Below, in pieces: positions 1 through 15,000 of a DNA stretch of 64,000 nucleotides. The DNA is from an uncultured Clostridia bacterium (GTDB taxonomy: Bacteria > Bacillota > Clostridia > Christensenellales > UBA1242), in assembly GCA_944372445.1 (NCBI GenBank), contig CALVZE010000001.1, forward strand, positions 50,199 through 114,198, in the 5' to 3' direction. The translations under genes and the position numbers were made by a program. Under the pieces are notes generated by a model, which was given only the letters and a program-made list of their open reading frames with translations, made no database searches and was not told where the DNA came from. Every line of letters begins with the position of its first letter. The stretch's first letter is position 1.

Positions 1-3000
1 AGAGCCGTCAAGATTGAGTCCCGCATCAGCTAGAACTCTCCAACCAAGGAAAGTATAGCCTTCACGCTCAGAGGTTGCAAGTTCAATTTCATCTAAGATA
101 GTGTAGGTGTCACTAGATAGTGTTGGATTGCCATAGCTATCTTGATATGTGATTGTATAGGTATGTGCTGTGAAGCGTGCTGTCAAAGTTGTTTCGTCAG
201 CATATTTCCAAGTTGATACAAGCCCTGTTTTTGAGATTACAAGGGTTTCATCAAGATAGAAGCCGTCAAAGTCATAACCCACTTTGCTAGCCGTTGGCAT
301 AGTGGTGAGTGGAGCATTTCCAGCCTCGTCAGAATAGAGTGTTGAGCTATCATATTTTGCATAGATTGTGCTTATGCTTACACTGTCGCCTTCGCCTTTG
401 TCTAAGGTCACCTTGATAATTTTTGGTGTCCAATTAGCCTTAACAGTGGCATCGGTTGCGCCAAATGTGAAGGTATTTCCACTTACTGAACCTTCTCCGC
501 TTTCCTTTGTCCAGTCAGCAAAGGTATAACCTGTCTTTGTAACCGTAGGTAAAGTATAGGTGGATTGATATTTACCACTTACTTTAATATTTTCTTCTTC
601 GTTGTCCTTATCGATTGTTAAGGTGTAAGAATTTCTTGTGTAGTAAAGTTTAACAACAAGTTGGCCGTCACCACGAATGTTGAGTGAGGAGGTATCTGTG
701 TTGTTTGTTTCATATCTACCAAAAGCAAAGCCTTTGATAGCAATTTGATAAGTGCTGAGAGTTACATTTGTGTCAACAGCACCTGTTCCCGGGGTTGTTC
801 TTGATGTGTCTTGTGTATATTCATCACCAAGAACATTTTGTAAGTAGTATTCAACAGAGTATGAAACACTTGTTTTCTCCCAGATTGCATGGAGTGTGAT
901 TGCTCCGTCATTTGTGGCATTTGTGAAGTCAGAATTTAATGCACCATTAGCGTTAATAAGACACTCGTCAGCTGTCGTAGCATTTCTATTTGTCGACCAA
1001 CCAAGGAAGGTGTAACCATCACGGTGTGCTGTTGGTGTGATTGTTCCGCCAATATTTTCCCAAATATTTTCATCGCGCCCAGCGTAAATCTCTTTTGAGT
1101 TGTAGCCGATATAGATTTTGTCATAGGTTAAAGCATCAGCCTTTGTTGCGCCAGCGTCATCGTTAGCATCAAGGTTAACTAAGATTAAGTTGTTGTCCGA
1201 ATTTAATTTAAGTGTAAAGCTATATGCTGGCATTGTGAATTCATAACCACCCTCATTAGGAGTGATAACAAGTCCGCTTGGAGTTGTTACAAAGCCTGTG
1301 AAGGAATAGCCTGGCATATTATTGAAGGCAATTCTCACTTCTGTGCCGAAGTTTACACGATAGGTATTATCAGTTTCTTGCTCAGTTGCATCACCTGTAA
1401 TGCTGAAATCTATTATTTTTGCGTCAGTTAAATCTGTGGTGATAACAAATGTGCCTATTCTCCATACTGCATATAGAGTATCCGCTTCGCTGAATGTGGA
1501 ATTGTTGATAAGTTGTCCACTAGCGTTGATAACGCATTCGCTAAGAGCTGTTGCGTCTGCGCTTGTTGCCCAGCCGATAAAGTCATAGCCGGTGCGCGTT
1601 GCCTTAGGAGCAACTATAACTCTTGAAGAAGTATCCATAGAGTTATAGATATTCTTCGTGCCATAGGTGATATATACCTTATTGTCAGTCACCGTCACAT
1701 CGCCTGTAACAAGCGTTGCCGAAGAATCTCCGCCAGCATTTAAGTCAAGCGTGATTTCATAGTCATTGACTGTGAAGTATGCAAATACCTCATCGCCAGC
1801 AAGCTCTGTATATGGAGCAAGAAGTTCTCCCTCTGCGCTTATAAAGAGAGTGTCTAAATTGTTTTGAGTTGTTGTCCAACCGTTGAATGTATAACCGACC
1901 TTAGAAGCGGTAGGATTTACAGTTGTTGTAGATGTTTGGTCAACATAAAGATTTTGTGAGTCAAATTCTGCCCAAACGGAAGAATCAATAATGCTATCTC
2001 CGTCAAGCGTTCCTGTGTTGACATTGAGTTCGATTTCATACCTATTTGCTGTCCAGTGAGCGTAAAGAGTGATATCGTTCGTGCTAGCCCAACCGCCGTT
2101 AGAGTTGGTGTAGCCAGAAACGTTCGAGAGTAATCTTCCCGACGCTGAAATAACTTGCACGCCCTCACTTGTGAACCAGCCGAGGAATTCGTAGCCGTTG
2201 CGCTCTGCTGTTGGATAGACAGCACTGCCAGAAACTTGCTCATGAATTCTGCCGTCCTCATAGATTGAGCCGTATAAAGATGAGCCGTCATAGTTTGCGT
2301 ATACTTTTTCGTGTGTTGCTGTGATATTGGTTGAAGTGCCTTCCTCTTTTTCCGCACTCAAAGTGATTTCGCTAACCATTGGCAACCAATTAAGACTAAT
2401 AGTAACAGTGGTTTCATCTGCAAGTTGTGTGAAGGCGTAGGCACGGGTATTAGTATTCTGTTGCGAATCAGAATACCATCCTGTCTTGGTTTGCGAAACA
2501 TCAAAATACTTAGAATATCGATAAGCTCCTTCTGACACTCCTTTCAGAAGATATATTAAATTTTGCCATTTGGCATTGACTTGTTCATTACTACCAAACA
2601 CATAACCCGTTCTGGTTGGATTTGTGCCTTTAAGTTCGGCGTAGGTTTCGCCTGTTGGAGTTGTAGAAACGCCGTTGTCAGTGGTGACAACAATATCAGT
2701 GAATTTTACATTGATTGTGTAGGAATGCGAACCTTCTGTGCCGTTAGCTGGAATGGTCACAGTTTTTGCATTTCCACCATTTTTATCTGCCACAATCACA
2801 TTGAATGAGTTGTAAACATTTTCAAAAGTGATGTTGTAAGAATTTTCGCTCCAAACCGCGGTCAAGGTGTTGTCGCCAACGCCAAAAGTGAAAGTGAAAC
2901 CGTCTGTTGTATTACCAGAGATTGAGCCATCGCCGTCACCGCTCAGTGTCCAATCAGCCAAAGTATAACCGCGACGAGTTGGAGTTTGAAGTTTGTAGGT

Positions 3001-6000
3001 GGTGCCGTAATCCTGCGTTATAGTGGTTGAGCTTGGATAAGTTCCACCATTTGCATTGATTGTTAAAGTGTAAGTTTCAAGCTGTGTGATAATGTTAAGA
3101 GTCACATCACCAGCGCCCATAATAAGCCCTGTTTGGTTCATAACATTTTCGTTGAAGTTGCCTAATTTTGTGCCTTCCACAGTCCATCTAACAAACTCAT
3201 AGCCTGTTGCTTCTGTAACAGTTATGTCAAATGTTGAACCATAGATGTGAGAGCCATTGCCTGTAAAACTCTCAACTCCTGTGTCGCCAACGATTGTCAC
3301 ATTGAACGAGCGTCTGTCGAAGTAAAGCTTAACAGTGGTTGACTCGTCGCCTTCAATCTTGATATTTGCAAGATTGCCACCATTTTCTTCTTTTGTCTTA
3401 TCTTCGTTATAGCTAAATCCTGTATATTCAAATTTAGTGCCATTAAGTGTCACGCCATATGTGGACTTCACAAACTCAACAAAGGTGTCGGTGGTGCCAC
3501 TTGAAGTCGAAGGTTCTGCAAGTTTTGTGTAGTTATTGTCATCAACATTTTGTTGATAGATTTCGACATTGTAGTTGACAACTATTGGAGTTGCACTAAC
3601 TGTAAATGTCTTATTCGTGTTGATTTGCATGGAAGAAACAATATCTTCGCCGTCCTTAAACACAGGGTTGGTGTAGCCCGGTTTTGTGGTTGCGCTGAGA
3701 GTTATAGTTTCGTCGTAATAAACCTTGTAAACATTGCTTGTAGGAGTTATATTAGAGTTTGCATTTCCAAGCACTGTAACTGTGTCAATACCAGCGCCGA
3801 TATTGATTGTCACATCATATGTTCCGCGCAAGAAGTAGATGTTGATAACCAAGTTTCCGTCACCAGCAACCACATAGCTACCGTCACTATTGGAGGTTGT
3901 GCTTGTATGCATTGTTGCTTTAAGTGCTGGATTTGAAGAAATGAAAGTGTTAGACAAGGTCGAAACCTCTATTTTTGTTCCCGCATGTTCTTTGGTTGTT
4001 GTGTAACTATGTCTTGTAAAGTCAGTTTCAAGGTTGGTTGTTCCTGCTCTTGCTGCTGCCACCGACTGATACATATAGTTAACAGTGTAGGAAACAGGTT
4101 CGCTACGCCAAATTGCATAGAGATTATATGTTCCATCATCAACTGCAGTAAGCGTAGAAACAATTTCATCATTCTTGATCATGCCGTCAGCAATTCCAGC
4201 GACATCAGTATTGAAGCTGTCTGCTGTTGCAGTATCTTTAAGCGCTTCTGTTACCCAGCCAACAAATTCATAACCAGGCTTATTGAAGATATCTCTAAGC
4301 GTAAATTCTTCTGTGTAATCAAGCTCAACGCTTGCGCTTTGTCCGCTGATGACACTAGAAACGCTTCCCGGATAACGATTGTCATTCGAGTTAAATGTAA
4401 GTGTGTATGTGTGTTCTGTCCATACCGCATAAAGCGTGATGTTAGAGGTGTGGATAAATGGAGTTGTATAACCCTCTGTTCCAAGTTGCTCAGCAGTGTA
4501 AGCTATTGCACCGTTTGGAGTGAGCGACCAGCCAGCAAAAGTATAACCAGTTTTAACAAAGTTAGTTTCATTCGTTCCATCATTTGGACGATAAGTGTAA
4601 TCTACATCAAAGGTTGCGCCAGCGCCTTGAACGGTTGTTGTAGATCCGTCACCATTCACAGTTCCGCCATTGCCGTCATAGGTTACGGTGTATGGATTTG
4701 CCGTCCAGCGAGCGTAGAGAACGATAGCCAAGCTGTCAGAGTCAACAATGTTTTCTGCCACTGTGCTTTCTGTCACATTTTCACCACCTGTTTTATTGGT
4801 GAACCAGCCAGCAAACTCATAGCCTGCTCTTCTAGCAGAAGGCATACCGATGATAGAGTTTTCATCTGTGATATATAGTTCAGAGAATGCCTCTGAGAAT
4901 TTAACAAACATCTCTGCGTTCGTGTTAAGAGCGTCAATAGTGAAGGTGGCTTCTGTTGAGCCTGTGCCGTCGGTAACATCGTTAAGGTTAAAGGTTACTG
5001 TAACCGTCTTTGGCTCCCAAACAGCATAGAGATTGAATATTCCATTTGGTTCAGAAGTTAAGTTTTTTACCTCTGCGCCGTCCTTATATTTCACTCTTTT
5101 TTCGTAAGTCTCGGCATTCAGTGTTTCGTTTGTTGCCCAACCGCGGAAGATATAGCCAGGGCGTTCATAGGTATTTAAGCTAAGTGCCGTAGGCTCTTGA
5201 TCGTATGTGAACTGTTGATTTGGCATCAAAGATGTATATGGCGCACCATTAGGATTGAAGCGAACATAGTAGGTGTTTGCCGTCCATTTTGAATACAAGG
5301 TGTGATTTACTGCCGTTGCAACAGTTGAGGTTGAAGTGATTGGTGTTTCAAGCCCTTCGTCCAAATACCAACCATTGAAGGTGTAACCAGTCTTTGTTGG
5401 AGTTGGAAGAGTGCCATAGCTTTCGTTATATCTCACCGTTCGACTGCCGATTGCATGGTCAGCTTCGATATCGCTAACCTTCTGCACGGACACATTTTTA
5501 AACTCAAACACTTCGCCAACGGTCCAATCGCCCATTATTCTAAAGTCGCTTGGATTTTCTGCTTTTTTAGTATATCTATGAGTAACTGTTACCCATTCGC
5601 CTTGCGTTGTATAATTATAATCTATAACGCCATCTAAAGGTCCAATTTCAAAGTTATGAGCCTGTGTCGATTTAATATCAATTGTCCAAACATATTCTTC
5701 TCCAGCAATTAGGTTTGCGCCTGATGCAAAAGTAATGTTGGTGTTTATATTTGAAGAATCAAAGGTTACTTTAACGACCTCTTCGTTTCCTACGATAGAA
5801 GATTCAAAGTTCTCCAAACTTCCACTTATTCCGCCCAAAATATAATGATACATCACATTATTGGAAGCATCAAATCTAATAGTATAATCATTCTTTTCCC
5901 ATTGAGCGTAAAGAATATCGTTGGTTGTTATGGTGTCAATATTTTCATAGGAATAATAAGTTCCTTGTCCGTCCGCTTGCGTGTTCCAACCAACAAAGTG

Positions 6001-9000
6001 ATAGCCTGTTCTTTCTGCATAAGGAAGAGGTTGTGCCTCGCCATAAGTTATATTTTGCTCTAATACAACATCGTTTTCTTTATAAAACCCTAGCGATATC
6101 TCTAGATTATTAAAGCGATAACCTTGACTAAATGTAATTGAAAATGTTCCTTCAAAAGTTTCGTTAAGTTCAAGGGTAAATGTGCCAGATGTATTATAAA
6201 CAGTTTCAACATCTTCACTTACAGCACCAAATGCAAAAGTAAGCACGGCACTTGACGCTCCCATTTGCCTTATAAGAGAACCACTTTGAACAAAGTATTT
6301 ACCAATATACGTCCCAGCCTCAAAGGTGCCAGCAAAGTCAACGAGTGTGATGTCGCCTGTTGAGGTTCCGTCCAATGTGAACACATTGGTGCCAGCATCA
6401 TAGTCAATTGTCACACCGCTTTGTGTGGTTGACCAATCTTCTTCACGAATGGCATAGTTAAGGCCTTTGACACCTGCGTTGCCTGTGCCATAGTTTTGAT
6501 TATATTGAACAGTATAGGTGTTCACTTGCCACTCAGCCGTCAAGGTGACATTTCCGAAAAGTCTATCGCTGTTGTTTGCAGAATCTGCGTCAGAAGAGAT
6601 AACAGTGCCAGGAAGTAATTGCGTTGTGGACGCGAACCACTTAGAGCCTCGCGTTAAGTCCTCTGTGGTGGAGACTGTAAACTTGGACAAAGTGTGTCCT
6701 GTTTTTTCAATTTCGGTTGTGGATGGAAGAGTGAAGCCCTCGTATTGATTTGTCACAACTTGATTTGCATAGTCAACTCGTCCATAAACATTGTAATACA
6801 TGGTTGCGGTGTTAGCTCCGCCGTTAGCGAAAGAACCGTCATCGCCAGCGTTTACCGTTGCCGTGTAGACAACATAGTCATAGTAAATTTTAATTTCAAG
6901 AGAGCCGTCACCAACAACAGTCAAAGCGTTGCCTTCTAAGTTGGTGGTGTAGCCATTTGTTTCGCGATATTTAAAGCCGTTTATATTGACCTTCCCGCCT
7001 GCAATTGCATTCTTAACAGCCTCAATGTCAACTGTTTGACCTGCGAGATAAGTTTCATTATCGCTATATCTACCAAGTTCAGTATAGCCTTTTTCTGCTG
7101 TTTGAATGTAGACTATAACTTCGTAGTTTGTCTTTAATGCTTGCCATACCGCCGTGAGAGTGACATCGCCATAGAGATTTGCCTCTGTTGTGAAGGTTTC
7201 TCCCTGAGCAAAGCTGATGCCGTCAGGGTAATTTTCTTCCCAGTTACCTTCATCATTGGAGATTGTGTAACCAACAAGAGCATAGCCGTCACGAATGATG
7301 TTTGTGCTATTTTTTAAGCTGATAGCATTTGGATAAGTATAGCTTTGTGTTGCGTCATTTTCAGTGTTAAATCTACCTTGATTTGCGTCATAGGTGATTG
7401 TGTAATCATTGGCATCCCACTCAGCGACAAGGGTGATATTTCCATACTTTTTAGACACGTTTTCGCCTTTCTGATAGTCAACAGTCGTGCCGTTATTAAC
7501 GCTCCAATTGTTTTCCGTGTCGCTTCCCTCAGCCTTATAATTCCAGCCGACAAGCGTGTAGCCCGTTCTTTCAATATCAGCGTCACCAAAGAGTGTAGCT
7601 CCACTTTCAATAGTGTAAGAGTCGGTGCTTGCGTCTGTGAAAGTTCCGCCATTTGCCTCGTAGGTTATTGTGTAGCCCACCGTGCTAAAGATTGCCTTCA
7701 AAGTTACATCACCAAAGAAGCCCGTTCCGAAACCAGCTGTTACACCGGTTCCAAAGATTGTTGATCCCCATCCCTCACTTTGATTGACACCGCTTACGAA
7801 ATCCCATTCGGTGATTGTGTAACCATAGCGTTTAAAGGTTTCATTGCCAAGGAGTTTTAAGTTGTCTTCAATCGTGTATGCCTCTTCGATTGTCACAGAG
7901 CTTTGTGCAAGGCTTTCGCCGTTATACTCTACTTCTTTATACACGCTTTCATCGAAGCTGTATGTGATGTCATATTCAATCGCCACGAATTGAGCGGTCA
8001 GGGTGGCGTCGCAGTTTAAAGTGAAAGGTTCGCCCTTTGCGATTATTTCGCCGTTATAATCTCCTGCATCAGAGATAACCCAACCTGTGAAATTGTAGCC
8101 ATTTGGAGGAGTAGCGGAGAAAGTTTCGTTTTGGTCGTGAATTTTCTCTTCAACACTTGTTGCGTCATTAACCTTTAAAGTAATGTCGTAGATTTCTCTA
8201 ACAACAGCGTTTTCACTGGTGTTTTTATTTGGTGTCCAAGTGAAGGAAATGCTGTTTCTAGCTCCGCCAGAGGTTGGGACACTGCCAAGAGCAAGATAGT
8301 AGTTTTCCGTGCCTGTTCTTGTCAAAGTGATAGTGATAGCATCATCATCAAAGTCTTTTGTTATAACAATACTGTTGCCATAGGTGAGAGATTGTGAGTA
8401 GCCAGCGTCATCACTTCTTGTTACTGTCAAGCTTGTTGAGTTCATTGCGCCAAGAGCAGTAATGCCTGCAAAATCGGCAAAATTGATTGTTAAATTATAT
8501 TCAATCGGGTCATATTGCGCAGTCAAAGTATATGACGAAGCGTCATATCTATTCCATACTGCGGTTAGACTTCCGAGATTGTTCGTGATTAAGGTTCCAT
8601 CAAGAGCCCAGCCTTTGAATGTGTAACCTGTAAGATTAGATACCACTGGTGTTACAACATTAGAAACTGCGTAATCGCTTTGAGATGAGCCAGTTCTCGA
8701 TGAGTAGATAACATTTGAATCATACACCACATAAACTGTTGTAGGTGTAGATAATGTTGGACTTCCACCATTATTAATAAGTGGCGAATAGTTTGTGTCA
8801 AGAGTTACGGCATATACATTAGCCTTCCAAACAGCAAAGAGTTCCACTTGCCCATTAACTGAGCTTGATAGGTTTTCAACTTCTTGTCCGTCAGTGTATG
8901 TAGGAGTGCTAGCACCACTTTCTCTTGCCCAGCCAAGGAAGGTGTAGCCGTTTCGTTTGAATTCATTTAATGAAAGTGCTTGCGTAACATCATAGGTAAA

Positions 9001-12000
9001 TTCTTGTGGATCCATTTCACCACTCGATGCACCATTTCCATTAAAAGTAACGGTGTAAGTATTATTTGTCCATTGTGCAACAAGAGTTACATTGCCGTAT
9101 TTACCTAGCACGCTTGTATTTGCTTGATATACCGTATCCATATCCCAAGCATAGCCACCTGAGGATAATGGACCAACATCAGCTGTTGGCTTCCAGCCTG
9201 CAAAGGTGTAGCCAACGCGTGAAACATTGTTTGATAAAACTTCTGTTGATTCAAAGGTATATCCAAAGGATGCAGGACTTGGGAGCGTTACACCCTCAAC
9301 ACCTCCTGCTGAATAGGTCACTGTGTAAGGGTCAGCCTTCCAAATAGCATACATTACAGCGTGATTTGCTATTTGAGAGAATAGACTGTCTGCCTCTTCG
9401 CTGGACTGAACCACCATGCCAGCGTCATAAATGCTGTCAGGGTCTGTTTCATTTTCTTCAAACGCCCAACCAAGGAAGGAATAGCCTTCTCTTTTTAGGT
9501 TTTCTGCGTCATGCAAAGTGAAATTTTCTCCAACTTTCATTGGCAATTCATTTTGGTCAGCCGAGCCTGTTGTAAATCTACCGCCGTTAGCATTAAAGGC
9601 GATTTGATAAGCATGCACGCTCCATTTAGCGTTGATTGTGACAGGGTTGTCATCGTCAGTCTTGTCATAGATTGTCCAAGAGCTGAAAGTAAGCTTACTG
9701 CCGTCATAATTTACAACAATATTGTTTTCGTTATCGTAATAATAGCCGTCAAAATCATAGAGATTTCTTTCTGGAACCTCTAAGCTTGCCGTGGTTGTGC
9801 CACTTGACGCTGAGTAGATTTTGTTGCTGTCAAATTGAATATAAACGGTCTTTTGTTTTTGTCCGTCAGAGAATTCGCCCTCGCCAGCGTCTTGAATAAC
9901 TTGTATACGCTTAGCCGTCCAGCTTGCGTTAAGAGTTGGGAAGTTGCCACTTGTGTAGTTTATGTCCCAATTCTTCGTCAAAACGCCGTTAGAGCCAGTG
10001 TAAGAGTTGCTTGCCGTGTTATAATACCAGCCGTTAAAGGTGTAGCCTGCCTTTGTTGGCACCAAACTTTCAATTTTGTTTCCGCCAACCCATGCGTCAT
10101 AGACATCTTTTGTGCCGTAATCAATGTAAACTGTTTGATAGTCGCGCTCTGGTGTTGTTGACGCCGAGCCTTTGTTGTGATTTAAGGTGACAGGAATACG
10201 CTTAGCTTTCCATTGAGCGTAAAGAGTGACATTCCCACCGGTAAGCTCGCCGATATTTCCTGCGTTATAGGTCTTTCCACTGCCGTCTTCCTCTGTGTTC
10301 CAGCCAGTGAACATATAGCCCTCACGCTTTGCGATAGGAATATATGTGTTTTCATCGTGCGTGATAACCTGTGTAGTCATCGGCGCGTTGTAGTAAAGAT
10401 AGAACCTAATTTGGTAGTTGTTGAAGGTTGGCATGGTGTTACCTTCACCAGGGAGATAATTCATAATCAAAGCTCTCGAATTTTCTAGATTTTCCTGCGT
10501 GATATTAATAGTATTTTCATAAGCAGAATTCCCTATGTAACTCGTGCCAAAAGTTCTAGAATTGCCATAATCAGTCTCCTTATTTAAGAAAAAGGCACCG
10601 TAAACATTTGTTAAAGTATTGGTTTCTTCTACTGTTCCAGGATTAGCAATATCGCCCGATATTACATTATAGCCAAAAGTATATGACCCCGCTGAAAGAT
10701 TTAAATTTGTGAAGTCTTCATCATAAAAACCTACAAAAACACTGTTATAATCATGATCATTCGTGTCATATGTCCCATTCAAAGTAAATACATTTGTTTC
10801 TGCATCGTAGTCTATTGTCACACCATGGCTTGTTGTTGACCAATCTTCAAGGCGAGTTGCATAGTTTAATCCGCTCATTGTTCCGCCGTTTGGATTGTAG
10901 GTCACTGTGGTTGCGTTTGGCGTCCAATAAGCATAGAGAATAACACCGTCTTCTGCCTTATCCCAATTTCTTGCGCTTGTGCCGTCGTTGTTATAGTATT
11001 TTGTGCCGTTTGTCTGCTTGTCATAGAAGCCGGCAAAGGTGTAGCCTGTGCGTGTTGGCAAGCCTTCACTAATGATTGGCATAGCCTCGCCATAGGTAGC
11101 CGTCACAGTTGTTGTTGCACCAAGCTCGCCACCATTTGCGTTTAAGGTCACCACATATTCTTTTGCTTCCCAATTTGCCGTGAGGGTCACCGCGCCGTAT
11201 TTTGTGAAAGCTGAAATTGTTTGACCCGGTGTGTAAGTTGAAGTTCCCCAATTTCCGCTTGCGCTGTTTGAAGCGGTAAAGCCTGTGAGTGTGTAACCCG
11301 TTCTTGTCACAACATCGCCAGCCAAAAGACTAAACTCAGCATTTACATTGTAATTATAAGGAAGATTATTTGTCGAGTTGTTGTAACTTCCACCTGCAAA
11401 GTTATATGTGATAACATTGCCGTCAGAGTCATGCTCCCAAATCGCGTAGAGAGTGGTGGCTTCGACTTTTGTCCAAGGGCTTTTTAAGTTGCCATTTGCG
11501 TCAATAATGCAATCGTCAGCACTGACCGCACTTTTGTCTAACGCCCAGCCGAGGAAGTTGTAGCCGTTTAAACTTGCCTTAACTGCGCCAGAGCCTGAAC
11601 CTGTGGTGTTATCGGTCTTGTTGGCATAAAGCGTTGCTGTGCCATAGACAGCATAGATTTTTGTAGTATTGGCAGGGTCAAGAACAACCGTCCAATTGCA
11701 CGATTCCGGTAAATTTGTATCTAAATTGATTTCACAAAGAAGTGGTTTTGCTTGCGCCAAGAGAGTTACCGTTCCCCATTGTTCGGTCAAGTTTTTGCCG
11801 TTGTCAAATATATCGTTAGCCGTCCATGAGCCAACAGTCGATTTAACCTTCCAGCCTGAAATTTCATAGCCCGTAAGATTTATGTTTTCGCCTAAAATGA
11901 GAGTGGTCGTTACATCGTATGCGTATGGTTCGCCAAGTTCCTGCTCGGTTGAGCCATTGTTGTAAACATAGATAATGTTATATGACTCTTTCGTCCAGTG

Positions 12001-15000
12001 AGCATAAAGTGTGCCACCGCTGTCTTTCGTCCAAGTTCTTGAAGTTGCCGTGCCGTCAGCGTTAAAATATTGAAGTCCTTCTGTCTTGCTGTCAAAGAAG
12101 CCGGCAAACTTGTAGCCTGTGTGTGTTGGCAAGCTAGTGCTTGGGATGTTTTCAAATGGTTTGTCAAAGGTTGCTGTGACCTGTGTTTTGTTGCCAAGCG
12201 TTCCGCCATTAGCGTCCAATGTGACGGTGTATGTTTTAGCCTCCCATTGAGCGTAAAGGGTGTCGGACGCGTTGACTGAATATGGAGCTTGGTCAGCGTA
12301 ATCTGTTTCTGAACCACCCGCCTCAGTATTCCAGCCGTCAAAGTTATAGCCTGTCTTTGCAAAGCCATTAGCTCTAAGGTTAACACTTGCGCCATGAAGT
12401 TTATAGGTGCTTCCCATAGTGCCAGAGCCTGTATTTTGGTCATAAGATATAGTATATACCTCATATAGATATACATTTATAGTTAAAGTATTATCAGATA
12501 GTTCATCCACATCAGTAAACGCCTTGTCAAAGCTTATTTGATTACCACTTGCAGACAAATCGCTTGGATTATCAGAGAGAGACGTGTTGGAAATATAGTA
12601 GTTTGTTGGAGCGGTGAAGTTTAAGCTTAAAGTCTGTCCAAAAGCCACATTGGAAAGAGTGACAGAGCTTGTGCTGTTTGTTAAATCGCCACTGCCAAGA
12701 CTTGCTCCAACACTGCCTGTAACGGTGTAAGCGACAGAAACCGCGCTTGTGCTTGCACGATTGATATTCATATTTATTTTCACGCTATATGTTTTAGCCG
12801 TCCAGCGTGCGTATAGTGTGGTGTTTCCAACCTTGTCCCAAACTTTTGTGTTTGCACCGGTTTCGTCAAAATAGTGATTTCCACCTGTGGCGTCTTGGGT
12901 GTCATAGAAGCCGGCAAACTCATAGCCAGGGCGTTCAGGAATTTGCTCCGCTGTCAAAGCCGTCATGCTTGCACCATAAGTAACATTGTTTAACACCACT
13001 GTGGTGCCTGAGGCGAAGCTTCCGTTGTTAGCATTTAGCGTTACATCATATTTAAGTGGCGCCCAAATAGCATAAACGGTTATCTGAGAGTTATTTCCAG
13101 ACGCCGTCCATGTTCCTTTCACTGTTCCGTCAGCATTGATTACATAGTTTGTGCCGTCTGATGTTGTTGCCCAGCCTTGAAGAGTGTAACCAGCAAGTGT
13201 CGCTTTTGGCGTTCCACTTAAAGCGCTTGTGCCGTAATCAATTGTCAAAGTGTTTGAGGTGCCTGTTCCTGTTATACTTGGCGTTCCAATGAGCGCATGT
13301 CCCAAATTGTCCACCGTATTAGGAGAAAAGGTTATTTCAACATTGATTGGCGTCCATTTTGCATAAAGTACATCGTGGCTTGTTGTATACGTCAATCTAT
13401 TTTCAGCAAACACACCGCTGTCAAGTATAATTTGCATGCCACCGCTGTTGGTATCAGTATAGTAACCACCGAATGTATAGCCCGTTCTTGTTGGAACAGC
13501 AACACTTGCTATTGCTGATGTCGCTGCCTCATTCGAATACCAGCCCGTTTCATATTTCAAATATACAGTATTAATTGTGTTTGAACCTTGTTGATGATTA
13601 AGAGTAATAGTGTAAACTTCCGGAGTCCATTGAGCAAAAAGTGTAACCGAACCTTCGTTCACAGTTGTCATATTGCTCACGCTTTGCCCGTCACTATACG
13701 ATTGTCCTGAGCCGTTTCTTTCAGTGTTCCAACCTGTAAATTTATAACCTTTCAATTGATATTTATTTAGATTTAAGGTTTGAGGAGTGCCATATTTAAA
13801 TTCTTGATTTTCCATTGTTCCGGTCGCTCCGGTAGTCATATTATCGTCGTTATTGTCAAACACAACAGTAAAATTGTTGGCTTGCCACCTAGCTGTCAAT
13901 GTTACATTACCATACATATTGCTTATCTCTGCGCCCGAAGCATATGTAGAATTATGAGTCCAGTTTCCGTCCGCTGTTGTCACTTGCCAAAAAGCATCAG
14001 GGTCAGGATTATAACCTGTCTTTGACACTTCTGAGGCTAGGAGTAAATTGAATGTTTTATCATAATTATATGAATAAGTATTAGAAGAAGAGGATGTTCC
14101 TCCATTGAAGTTATATGTTAATGTATAAGGAATGACTTCCCACTCAGCATATAAAGACATAGAACTTGTCACTGAAATCTCTGTTGCAAATTCTCCACTA
14201 GGATAAACTTTCCAACCTTTTTGCCTATAACCTGGTCTTGTAAGAATATATTTGTTTGACAAATCTATTTTGCCGGTGTCAGGCATTTGCATTACAACCT
14301 TGCCTGTTTTGGCTTCTGGTTGTTGATGGTTGGCATATAAAGTTATGGTATGTCCGTCGAAGTTTTCAAGCACATAGTCTCTTGGATATGGATAAAGAGC
14401 GGTGCCTTGAAGAGTGCCATCAGCAGCATCCACTTCAATGGATGAAAACATCCAGCCTTCATTATTCTCTCCTAGCGTTTCTCCGGAGAAATTCCAATCA
14501 CCAGTCCAAAGAGTTGTCTCTTCTGTGCTTTCTAGATTGATAGGATAAGCGCTTTGTGCATAAAAACCAACGCGATATGCAAGACCAACATCAGCCCCCT
14601 CTTTTGGATCACCAAGCTGAATATTGCCCTCTATTATCTCCTCGTTGCCCTCTTTGTTATTCGGTCCATAACCCTTTATTCCGTTTGCAGTATCATAGTA
14701 GAATGATGCGTAGGAAGGCGTCGTCGCCGTCGGACAGTTAACCGCAGAACCATTGCTTGCAAAAAAGATAGAGTTGTTCGCAATCAAACTTGTAGGCGTT
14801 CCCGCATACATATTGATACCGCTTGTTGATGAACCGGTATAAACAAAAATTGAGTGATCGAGAAAAAGCGATACGCCTGCCAAATTATCAAAACCTGATG
14901 CGTCACTAAACTCAATTAACGTGTTTGTGATATGTAGTTCATCACCATTCGTGATACCTAAGGCACTCAAACTTGTGCTACCCATTTGAGAGGCGCCATC

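Noticed and set aside
3985-4878. A 297-aa plus-strand ORF, together with 3550-3936, 7345-7764, 9835-10161, 1917-2357(-) and 11910-12476(-).
   Set aside because: These ORFs lie antisense to, or out of phase with, the giant ORF. Their products are Cys/Ser/Val-rich nonsense without RBS or motifs, so they are by-products of the repeat protein's codon composition.
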